From positions 817 to 64,816 of the forward strand of contig LNFC01000011.1 of the NCBI GenBank assembly GCA_001464545.1: a stretch of DNA of 64,000 nt, read 5' to 3'. Below are positions 1 through 7,164 of this stretch, piece after piece. Numbering within the stretch: position 1 is the stretch's first letter; each line of letters begins with the position of its first letter. The notes under the pieces are model-generated. The model was given only the letters and a program-made list of their open reading frames with translations, had not been told where the DNA came from and ran no database searches. Position numbers and translations under genes: made by a program. The stretch is from Acidobacteria bacterium Ga0077551 (GTDB lineage Bacteria; Pseudomonadota; Alphaproteobacteria; Caulobacterales; Hyphomonadaceae).

Positions 1-1043
1 TCGACCGGGCGATGAACGGGCTGGATCCCAAATCGACGCTGGTGATCGGCGTGTCGAAATCCTTCGGCACCGAGGAGACACTTTATAACGTGGCGCGGGC
101 GCGCACCTGGCTGGAGGGCGCGCTGGGGGATGCGGCGAGCCAGCACCTGGCGCTGGTGACGGCGAACCCGGCCAAGGCGAAGGCCTGGCTGGGCGGGCGG
201 GAGGCGCACCTGTTCGACATGCCGCTGTCCGTGGGCGGACGGTTCTCGCTGTGGTCGGCGGCGTCGCTCGGCTGCATGATCTCGCTGGGGCCGGACGTCT
301 TCCGGGAGATCCTGGCGGGCGCGGCGCAGATGGACGCGCATGCGCAGGGCTCGGCGCTGGCGGCGAACCTGCCGATGCGGCTGGCACTGCTGGATTACTG
401 GAATGCCTCGGTGCGGGGCGAGCCGATGCGGGTGGTGCTGGCCTATGCCAACCGGCTCAGGATGCTGCCGACCTACCTGCAGCAGCTGGAGATGGAATCG
501 AACGGCAAGTCCGTGGGGCCGACCGGCGCGACGGTGACGCCGCCGACGGCGCCGGCGGTGTGGGGCGGTGAAGGCTCGGTGGGGCAGCATTCGTATCACC
601 AATGGCTGCATCAGGGCTCGCAGGCGGTGCCGTGCGAGTTCATCCTGGCGGCGGACCGCACGCGCGATCCGGAAGGGCTGGCGGCGCTGACCTCGCATGC
701 GCTGGCGCAGGCGGAAGTGCTGGCCAACGGGCGCAGCCTCGCGGAAGTGGAGGCCGAGGAGCCGGGGCTGCCGGAGGGCGTGGCGCCGCAGAAGGTGCAC
801 GCGGGGGGGCGCGCTTCGACGCTGCTGTCGCATGACGGGTTCGGGCCGAGGGCGTTTGGTGCGCTGGTGGCCCTGTATGAGCACCGGACGTATTTTGCGG
901 GGCACCTGTGGGGCCTCAATCCGTTCGACCAGTGGGGCGTGGAGCGCGGCAAGACGATGGCGGCGCGGCTGAAGCCGGCCCTCACGGCGCCGGACAAGGC
1001 GGACGATCCGGTAACGGCGGCGCTGATCCGGATGATCTCCTGA
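1..1043 (+). CDS. pgi: Glucose-6-phosphate isomerase, C-terminal ~345 codons (5' end outside window)
   Basis: The frame of ORF 12..1043 stays open back to base 1. PGI signature GSVGQHSYHQWLHQG and EMESNGKS are present, with strong GC3 bias. Confidence 0.9.
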   Translation, partial: DRAMNGLDPKSTLVIGVSKSFGTEETLYNVARARTWLEGALGDAASQHLALVTANPAKAKAWLGGREAHLFDMPLSVGGRFSLWSAASLGCMISLGPDVFREILAGAAQMDAHAQGSALAANLPMRLALLDYWNASVRGEPMRVVLAYANRLRMLPTYLQQLEMESNGKSVGPTGATVTPPTAPAVWGGEGSVGQHSYHQWLHQGSQAVPCEFILAADRTRDPEGLAALTSHALAQAEVLANGRSLAEVEAEEPGLPEGVAPQKVHAGGRASTLLSHDGFGPRAFGALVALYEHRTYFAGHLWGLNPFDQWGVERGKTMAARLKPALTAPDKADDPVTAALIRMIS

Positions 1044-1046
1044 ACG

Positions 1047-2084
1047 ATGCCAATTGCGAAACTGCTCCGGGAACAGACGATCGGCGAGACGCGCTGGGTC
1101 GCGCTGGACGGTCGCGGCGAAGCGGCGGCGCTGTACCTGGATCGGGCCCATGAGGATGCGCGGCGGGCGGTGATCGGCGAGCGGCTGGGCGCGCACGTCC
1201 GCAAGCTGGATTCGGGCGCGGGCGGCGCGTTTGTTTCTCTGGGCGCGAAGGGCGAGGGCTTCCTGCGACTGAAGGCAGGCGAGACGTTTGCGGAAGGCGC
1301 GGCCGTGACCGTCGAGGTGGCCGCCGAGGCGCGGCGGGGCAAGCTGGCGCGGGTGCGATTGGCGGATGGCGCGGAGATGCCGGCGAGCGGGGTTGCGGGC
1401 TGGCGGGCGTCGCTGAATGGTGGTGCGGCGGCGGCGGTCGAGGACAGGGCGGCGGGCGATTCGGAAATTGGCGCGGCGTTCGATGAGGCGCTGTCGGCGT
1501 CGGCGGTGCTGCGCGGCGGCGGGCGGCTGCAGGCGGAGCGGACCGAGGCGCTGATCGCGGCGGATATCGATACGGCGGGACGCAATGCGCGCGGGGGAAA
1601 AGCGGCGGCGGCGCTGGCGATCAACCTGGAGGCGGCCGGCGCGCTGGCGCGGCAGATGCTGCTACGCGGCTGGGGCGGGCTGGCGGTGCTCGATTGCGTC
1701 GCGCCGGTGGACAAGGATGCGGGCGGGCGGATCCGGGCGGCGTTCCTAGAGGCGTTCCGGGAGATTTCGGGCCGGCAGGTGAAGGCGCTGGCGCCGTCAC
1801 CGTTCGGGCTGATGGAGATTTCGGCGGACTGGCAGGTGACGCCGCTGGCCGAGCGGATGCAGGACGGGCCGCAGGCGATGGCGCTGGACGGATTGCGGCA
1901 GCTGGAGGCGGCGGCGCGGGCGCAGCGGATGGGGCGACTGAGCCTCGCCCTGCCCCCGCCAGCGCTGGCCTGGCTGGCACAGAGCGGGCTCGGCGCCGAG
2001 GCGCGGCTGGCGCAGAATTATGGGGCGCGGCTGGAGATTGTCACGGGACAGGCGGGCGCGGCGGAGGTAAAGCCCGGCGGATGA
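1047..2084 (+). CDS. RNase E/G-family ribonuclease-like protein (short, catalytic-core type)
   Basis: 345-aa ORF starting 3 nt after pgi. Motifs AADIDTAG and GGLAVLDCV resemble the RNase E/G metal-binding core. Its stop overlaps the yacG start (ATGA). Confidence 0.55.
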   Translation: MPIAKLLREQTIGETRWVALDGRGEAAALYLDRAHEDARRAVIGERLGAHVRKLDSGAGGAFVSLGAKGEGFLRLKAGETFAEGAAVTVEVAAEARRGKLARVRLADGAEMPASGVAGWRASLNGGAAAAVEDRAAGDSEIGAAFDEALSASAVLRGGGRLQAERTEALIAADIDTAGRNARGGKAAAALAINLEAAGALARQMLLRGWGGLAVLDCVAPVDKDAGGRIRAAFLEAFREISGRQVKALAPSPFGLMEISADWQVTPLAERMQDGPQAMALDGLRQLEAAARAQRMGRLSLALPPPALAWLAQSGLGAEARLAQNYGARLEIVTGQAGAAEVKPGG

Positions 2085-2299
2085 GCAAACCTGTCTCCCC
2101 TGAAGCGCGCCAGCCGAAATGCGCGCGCTGCCGCAAGCATCCGGTACTGGCGGACTATCGCCCCTTCTGTTCGAAACGCTGCGCCGACGCCGATCTCGGC
2201 AGCTGGCTGAACGGCAACTACGCGATTGCCGGCGGGCCGGTGGAGGACGCCGACGACGCGCCGGACCGCGCGGCGCCGCTGCCGGACGAGGACGATTGA
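2081..2299 (+). CDS. yacG: DNA gyrase inhibitor YacG (zinc-ribbon protein)
   Basis: MSKPVSPEARQPKCARCRK...FCSKRCADADLGSWL shows the CxxC...CxxxC zinc ribbon plus DLGxW motif. I chose the internal ATG at 2081 because the upstream part of ORF 1694..2299 overlaps the RNase-like gene. Confidence 0.85.
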   Translation: MSKPVSPEARQPKCARCRKHPVLADYRPFCSKRCADADLGSWLNGNYAIAGGPVEDADDAPDRAAPLPDEDD

Positions 2300-2379
2300 G
2301 GCTTCGCTGAAATCGCCATGGACAAGGGCATAGACAAGCTTGGGGGCCTTCGTTAAGTAGCCGCTTCCCCAAATGGCCC

Positions 2380-2454
2380 GCCCGGGTAGCTCAGGGGTAG
2401 AGCAGCGGATTGAAAATCCGCGTGTCGGTGGTTCGATTCCGCCCCCGGGCACCA
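2380..2454 (+). tRNA. tRNA-Phe (GAA)
   Basis: 75-nt cloverleaf with acceptor GCCCGGG/CCCGGGC, anticodon loop TTGAAAA, T-loop TTCGATT and encoded CCA. Confidence 0.95.
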
Positions 2455-2529
2455 TGCACCTCGCCGTCGACGTTCGTGGCGGCTGAGCAAAATACGTGAG
2501 AACAACGAGTTGCACTTGCCGCACGCCGA

Positions 2530-3573
2530 TCAGCGCGCAGGATCCGGGCTGACCTTTACGAGGGTCTTGCCAAAATTGTTGCCCGCCAGCATGGCGCGGA
2601 ATGCGGCCGGGGCCGAGCGCAGGCCCGGCGAAATATCCTCGCGGTAGTGAATGTGGCCGCTGCGCAGCCAGCCGGCCATTTCGGCGAGGAAGGTGTCCTG
2701 ATGGCTGGCGACAAAGTCGCCAACGAAAAGCGGGTTCACGTTTACACCAAGCCGGGAGAATACCGGCGCGCCGGTTTGCCGCCAGGCGTCCATGATGTCG
2801 CCGTCCATGGCGCCGTATTGTGAAGCAAGTCCGCAAAGCGTGATGCGGGACTTCGGTTTCAGTAGCGGGAGGACAGCTTCGTAGACGGAGCCGCCGACAT
2901 TCTCAAAATAGATGTCGGCGCCGTCCGGACAGGCTGCCCTTAGCTGTTCGCGAAAATCCGGCGCGAGATGTGAAACGCAGGCGTCGAAGCCCAGCTCGTC
3001 TTTCACGAAGGCGCACTTCTCGGCGCGCCCGGCGACGCCCACGACACGGCAGCCCCGCAGCCTGGCAAGCTGGCCCACGATCTGCCCGACGCCGCCCGAC
3101 GCAGCGGAGACAATGACTGTCTCACCCGGTGACGGCTCGCATTGAAGATAGAGGCCGGCATAGGCGGTGAGGCCGAGCATGCCGAGAACCCCGAGCGCGG
3201 TCGAGACCGGTGCGGCTGCCGGATCGAGCTTACGGGGGAACATGTAGCCGAAGTTGGGGACACCCTCGCCCGTGACGCCGAAGGTCTGCCAGCCATTGGT
3301 GTTGAAGAGGTAGTCGCCCTCGCTGAACCCGGAGAGGCGGCTTTCCACGACTTGCGAGACCGTGCGGCCATGGCAGATGTCTCCGGGCGCCTCGACGCCG
3401 CGGCGCCGGCGGCCCCATTGGTAGGGGTCGAGCGACAGATAGATGGTGCGGGTGAGCATCTGTCCGGGGCCGGGTGTGGGCGCCGGTGTTTCGCGCCAGG
3501 CAAAGTCTTCCTCAACCGGCCAGCCGCCCGGCGGCGTGCGCGCCAGAACCCAGTGTGGATTGATCCGGTCCAT
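2530..3573 (-). CDS. NADP-dependent oxidoreductase, medium-chain dehydrogenase/reductase family (CurA/YncB/PTGR-like)
   Basis: 347 aa. Cofactor loop AASGGVGQIVGQLARLRGCRVVGVAG, an LSLDPY motif and typical length. Confidence 0.8.
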   Translation of the reverse strand: MDRINPHWVLARTPPGGWPVEEDFAWRETPAPTPGPGQMLTRTIYLSLDPYQWGRRRRGVEAPGDICHGRTVSQVVESRLSGFSEGDYLFNTNGWQTFGVTGEGVPNFGYMFPRKLDPAAAPVSTALGVLGMLGLTAYAGLYLQCEPSPGETVIVSAASGGVGQIVGQLARLRGCRVVGVAGRAEKCAFVKDELGFDACVSHLAPDFREQLRAACPDGADIYFENVGGSVYEAVLPLLKPKSRITLCGLASQYGAMDGDIMDAWRQTGAPVFSRLGVNVNPLFVGDFVASHQDTFLAEMAGWLRSGHIHYREDISPGLRSAPAAFRAMLAGNNFGKTLVKVSPDPAR

Positions 3574-3709
3574 GCCGATGCCTTGTTGCCTGCTTCCACC
3601 GACAAGAAGGGAGGCAGGTGCGGCATTGTCAATTCTGCAGCCAGTTGCTGCCGGCGTGAGAAGCGGGAACGCGCCACCCTGATCGGAGGCCGATGCTGAT
3701 TTTGGGAAG

Positions 3710-3785
3710 TGGCTCCGTGAGCAGGACTCGAACCTGCGACCGGGCGATTAACAGTCGCCTGCTCTACCAACTGAGCTATCACGGA
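3710..3785 (-). tRNA. tRNA-Asn (GTT)
   Basis: 76 nt. The reverse complement starts TCCGTGATAGCTCAG, with anticodon loop CTGTTAA, T-arm GGTTCGAGTCC and 3' end TCACGGAGCCA. Confidence 0.95.
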
Positions 3786-3888
3786 ATAGCCGGAACGGGG
3801 GGAATAGCAGACCGCGCACCCCGTTCAAGTGCCTAAGTGCGGCGCCTTCACGATTTATGGGGGCGGCCGGATCGCCCTTCCCGCACAG

Positions 3889-3916
3889 AAAAAAGGCGGG
3901 AGCGTGAGCTCCCGCC
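3889..3916 (-). terminator. Rho-independent terminator downstream of tRNA-Cys
   Basis: Stem GGCGGGAGC/GCTCCCGCC (3895..3916) is preceded on the + strand by AAAAAA, which is a U-run on the minus-strand transcript. Confidence 0.6.
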
Positions 3917-3976
3917 AAAGGCGTTGGGTGATGGTGGGTGTCTCCAAGAAGACATGTACAAGGTCACCCGATATGG

Positions 3977-3992
3977 TTAATTCCGGGTTAAC
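3977..3992. promoter_or_regulatory. Exact TTAA-N7-TTAAC (CtrA-box consensus) between two tRNA genes
   Basis: TTAAttccgggTTAAC read directly from the sequence. The target gene is unclear. Confidence 0.25.
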
Positions 3993-4061
3993 GGATCGCG
4001 GCAATCTGGAGCGCCGGTATTTACGGCTGCGGCCAGCGCGTTTGAATTTCAGGGAGGGCGA

Positions 4062-4135
4062 TGGAGGCTCCACCCGGAATCGAACCGGGGTGCACGGATT
4101 TGCAATCCGCTGCGTCACCACTCCGCCATGGAGCC
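4062..4135 (-). tRNA. tRNA-Cys (GCA)
   Basis: 74 nt. The reverse complement is GGCTCCATGGCGGAGTGG..., with anticodon loop TTGCAAA, T-arm GGTTCGATTCC and encoded CCA. Confidence 0.95.
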
Positions 4136-4282
4136 TCAGGCAACCGGAGCCGTCCCTAGCAAGGCTGGCGGGGGGAGACAATCGGCGGGCGCAGGCTAAT
4201 TTCGCGGCGCGGCGAAGATTGCGTGCGCAGCGGGGCATGATACATGGCGCCAGACCCGGCTTCGCAGAGGGAAGTGACTCGC

Positions 4283-4936
4283 ATGGATTTCGACCTCGCC
4301 CGTGAGATCATGGTGGACAGCCAGATCCGCCCGAACGATGTGACCGACCCGCGGATCGTCAGTGCGTTCTTGCGCACGCCGCGCGAAGTGTTCGTGCCGA
4401 ACGCGCGCAAGGGCGTGGCCTATTCGGAGCTGGAGATCACCACCTCCCCCGGACGCGCGCTGTGGATTGCGCGCGATACGGCGAAGCTGATCAAGATGGC
4501 GGAGATCCAGCCGGCGGACGTGGTGCTCGTGGTGGGCGCCGGGGCCGGCTATGAGGCGGCGCTGATCAGCCACTTGGCCGATACCGTGATCGCGCTGGAG
4601 GAGACGGCGCAACTGGTAGATGCCATGTCGCAGCGGTTTGCCACGATCGGCGTGGACCGCGCCGCGCCGGTGGAAGGGCCGCTGGCGAAGGGACTTCCCG
4701 GGCAGGCGCCGTTTGACGTTATCTTTGTGGCCGGGATGATCGAACTGCTGCCGGACGCCTGGACGGAGCAGCTGCGGGACGGCGGGCGGCTGGTCGCCGT
4801 GGTGGCTGATGCGGGCGGCATGGGCCGGGGCAAGGTGTTCACGAAGGCGGGAAACACGGTGTCGGCGCGTGAGGGCTTTGACTGCTGCCCGCCGCGGTTC
4901 TCGGCGTTCGACCGGAAACCTAGTTTTAGCTTCTGA
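4283..4936 (+). CDS. pcm: Protein-L-isoaspartate O-methyltransferase family protein
   Basis: MDFDLAREIMVDSQIRPNDV...; SAM-binding motif VLVVGAGAGYEAA. ATG 4283 has a GAGGGA RBS 10 nt upstream. It precedes tolC, an arrangement I recall as common in Alphaproteobacteria. Confidence 0.7.
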   Translation: MDFDLAREIMVDSQIRPNDVTDPRIVSAFLRTPREVFVPNARKGVAYSELEITTSPGRALWIARDTAKLIKMAEIQPADVVLVVGAGAGYEAALISHLADTVIALEETAQLVDAMSQRFATIGVDRAAPVEGPLAKGLPGQAPFDVIFVAGMIELLPDAWTEQLRDGGRLVAVVADAGGMGRGKVFTKAGNTVSAREGFDCCPPRFSAFDRKPSFSF

Positions 4937-5037
4937 CCTTTAGGTACTGTTCCCGAGGCTACTCTGCCGCAAGGTGAACCGTGTTCTCCTTTCGCCGGGC
5001 AGAACCTATATTGCTGGTGCAGACGAGGGAAATCGCA

Positions 5038-6318
5038 ATGCGTGCCAACACACTGACACTCCTGATCGGGGTGAGCCTGTCGAGCCTGATGTTCAGCGCA
5101 CCGGCCCAGGGCGAGACCCTTCCGGAAGCGGTTGCGGCGGCCTTCGCGACCAATCCCCAGCTTGAAATCGAGCGCTACCGGACGGATATCGCCCGCGCCA
5201 ACCTCGATCTGGCGCGCTCGTCCGGCCGGCCGCAGGTGAACCTGTCGGCGAGCGGCGGCTACCAATCCATCGACACCAACGCCGCCTTCGCCTTCGGCCT
5301 GGGCGACCAGCCGCTGGCCAGTACGCAGCTGCAGGCGGTGCAGCCGATCTATACCGGCGGACGCATCAGCGCCGGCATCCGCCGCGCCGAGGCGGGAATC
5401 GATTCGGCGGACCGGACATTTGACGCCGCGCGCCAGGACCTGATCCTTGATGTCGTGACGGCCTATGTCGACGTGCGGCGCGACCGCGAGACGGTGGCGA
5501 TTCGCAAGAACAATGTGGACGTGACCGGCGAGCAGGTGCGCGCGGCGGAAGACCGGTTCGAAGTTGGCGTCGTGACGCGGACCGACGTGGCGCAGGCGCA
5601 GGCCCGGCTGGAAGGGGCGCGCGCCGCCCTCGCCGGCGCGGAAGCGGCGTTGGAAGGCAGCTCGGCATTCTACCAGTTCCTGACGGGGCAGCCGCCGGGC
5701 GACCTGGCCGAGCCGCCGCCGTTCCCGCCCCTGCCGGCCAATGTCGAGGAAGCGTTTTCAGACGCGGTAGCAAACAATCCGTCGATCCTGGCGGCGCGGG
5801 AAGACCTGCGCGCGGCATCGGCCGGCGTGGACGAGGCCAGAGCGGCCGGGCGCGCGCAGATCAACCTCGTCGGCACGGCCGGCGTACAGGAAACCTATGG
5901 CGACACAGGCCAGCGCGACACCAGCGTGTCGGCGGTGGCACAGGGCCGGATTCCGCTGTTTTCAGGCGGGGCCATAAAGGCGCAGGTCAATTCGGCGAAG
6001 CTGCAGCGCGAACAGGCGCGGCGGCGGATCGATGCGTTCGAGACGCAGGTGCGGGCGCAGGTGGCGCAGTCCTGGTATGGCTATGATGCCTCGACGCGGG
6101 CCATCGAGGCCTCGCGCCGGCAGGTCGAGGCGGCCGAGATTGCCTATGAGGGCGCCAAGGAAGAACTGGCCGTGGGCGTGCGTACGACGCTGGACGTGCT
6201 GGACCAGGAACAGCAGTTGTTCGAGGCCCGGCTGGCGCTGGTCGGCGCGGAGCGGGATGCCTATGTGGCAGCCCACCAGCTGTTGCGGGCCATCGGCGGC
6301 CTGGACACCATCGGCTGA
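5038..6318 (+). CDS. tolC: TolC-family outer-membrane efflux channel
   Basis: Signal peptide MRANTLTLLIGVSLSSLMFSAPAQG and two TolC repeats (YRTDIARANLDLA..., EQVRAAEDRFEVGVVTRTDVAQAQ...). RBS GAGGGA precedes ATG 5038. Confidence 0.85.
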   Translation: MRANTLTLLIGVSLSSLMFSAPAQGETLPEAVAAAFATNPQLEIERYRTDIARANLDLARSSGRPQVNLSASGGYQSIDTNAAFAFGLGDQPLASTQLQAVQPIYTGGRISAGIRRAEAGIDSADRTFDAARQDLILDVVTAYVDVRRDRETVAIRKNNVDVTGEQVRAAEDRFEVGVVTRTDVAQAQARLEGARAALAGAEAALEGSSAFYQFLTGQPPGDLAEPPPFPPLPANVEEAFSDAVANNPSILAAREDLRAASAGVDEARAAGRAQINLVGTAGVQETYGDTGQRDTSVSAVAQGRIPLFSGGAIKAQVNSAKLQREQARRRIDAFETQVRAQVAQSWYGYDASTRAIEASRRQVEAAEIAYEGAKEELAVGVRTTLDVLDQEQQLFEARLALVGAERDAYVAAHQLLRAIGGLDTIG

Positions 6319-6412
6319 GTCTCTGGCCTTCCGGACGCTAACGCGTTAACTTTGTCAAAGGGTTGTTAACCGGATTCGGCCTACGCCTGAGTCCAGATCC
6401 GGGAAACGATTC
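6317..6412. promoter_or_regulatory. Cluster of four GANTC (CcrM-type methylation) sites in the popZ upstream region
   Basis: GAGTC at 6317, GATTC at 6373, GAGTC at 6389 and GATTC at 6408, read directly from the sequence. Confidence 0.35.
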
Positions 6413-6430
6413 CAGCAACGAGGGGCTAAG

Positions 6431-7078
6431 ATGGCCAACGAAGCGCACAAAGAGCCAACGATGGAGGAGATCCTCGCATCGATCCGCAAGATCATATCGG
6501 ATGACGAACCCGTGCCGGTTCGCACGCCCGGCACGCCGGCGGCAGCGACCCTTCGGGAAGTCGCGCCTGAGCCGGTCAACGATTACGAAGACATCGAGGA
6601 CGCCACCGTCGGCGACATTCTGGACGACGGCGACCAGGCGATGTTCGAGGCGGAAGAGGAGCTGCCGCCTGCCCCTGCCCCGGTTTCGACCAAGCTGACC
6701 GGCCCGGAGTTCACGTTTGAAGAAATGCTGGGCTCGGCCCGGCAGGCCGCGGCCGAACCGGCCCCGCCGCCCGTGACGCCGATCACCCGCACCGCGCCTG
6801 CCCGCCCCTCTTTCCCCACCCCGGAGACGACCCCCATGCAAACCAGCGCCCGCTACGCCCAGACCGCCCTCACCGACGAGCACACGGCGGACGTTGCCGC
6901 CGGCGCGCTCGGCAAGCTGATCTCGAAGATGGAGATTGCCGGCGACAACACGATCGAAGGTCTCGTCAAGGAGATGCTGAAGCCGATGATCAAGGATTGG
7001 CTCGATGCCAACCTCGCAAACATCGTCGAAGAGAAGGTAGAGGCCGAAGTCCAGCGTATCGCCCGCATGGCGCGCTAG
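6431..7078 (+). CDS. popZ: Polar organizing protein PopZ homologue (DUF2497)
   Basis: N-terminus EPTMEEILASIRKIISDDEP and C-terminus LVKEMLKPMIKDWLDANLANIVEEKVEAEVQRIAR closely match my memory of Caulobacter PopZ. They are joined by a Pro/Glu/Ala-rich linker. The gene sits between tolC and valS. Confidence 0.85.
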   Translation: MANEAHKEPTMEEILASIRKIISDDEPVPVRTPGTPAAATLREVAPEPVNDYEDIEDATVGDILDDGDQAMFEAEEELPPAPAPVSTKLTGPEFTFEEMLGSARQAAAEPAPPPVTPITRTAPARPSFPTPETTPMQTSARYAQTALTDEHTADVAAGALGKLISKMEIAGDNTIEGLVKEMLKPMIKDWLDANLANIVEEKVEAEVQRIARMAR

Positions 7079-7107
7079 CCTCATTTCCCAAACTTGATAT
7101 AGGGAAC

Positions 7108-7137
7108 GGCGCGCCTTCACCGGCGCGCTTTTCTTTT
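7108..7137 (+). terminator. Rho-independent terminator after popZ
   Basis: Stem GCGCGCC/GGCGCGC, loop TTCACC, followed by TTTTCTTTT. Confidence 0.7.
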
Positions 7138-7164
7138 GTGCCTTTACCGGACCCCAGCCAGACG

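Noticed and set aside
2380-4135. tRNA-Phe / tRNA-Asn / tRNA-Cys cluster as a genomic-island integration site
   Set aside because: There is no integrase, no direct repeat of a tRNA 3' end, and no compositional shift. The only gene between the tRNAs is an ordinary oxidoreductase.
6346-6370. Two TTAAC half-sites upstream of popZ as a CtrA box
   Set aside because: The half-sites are separated by 16 nt rather than the canonical 7 nt, so this is not a CtrA consensus.
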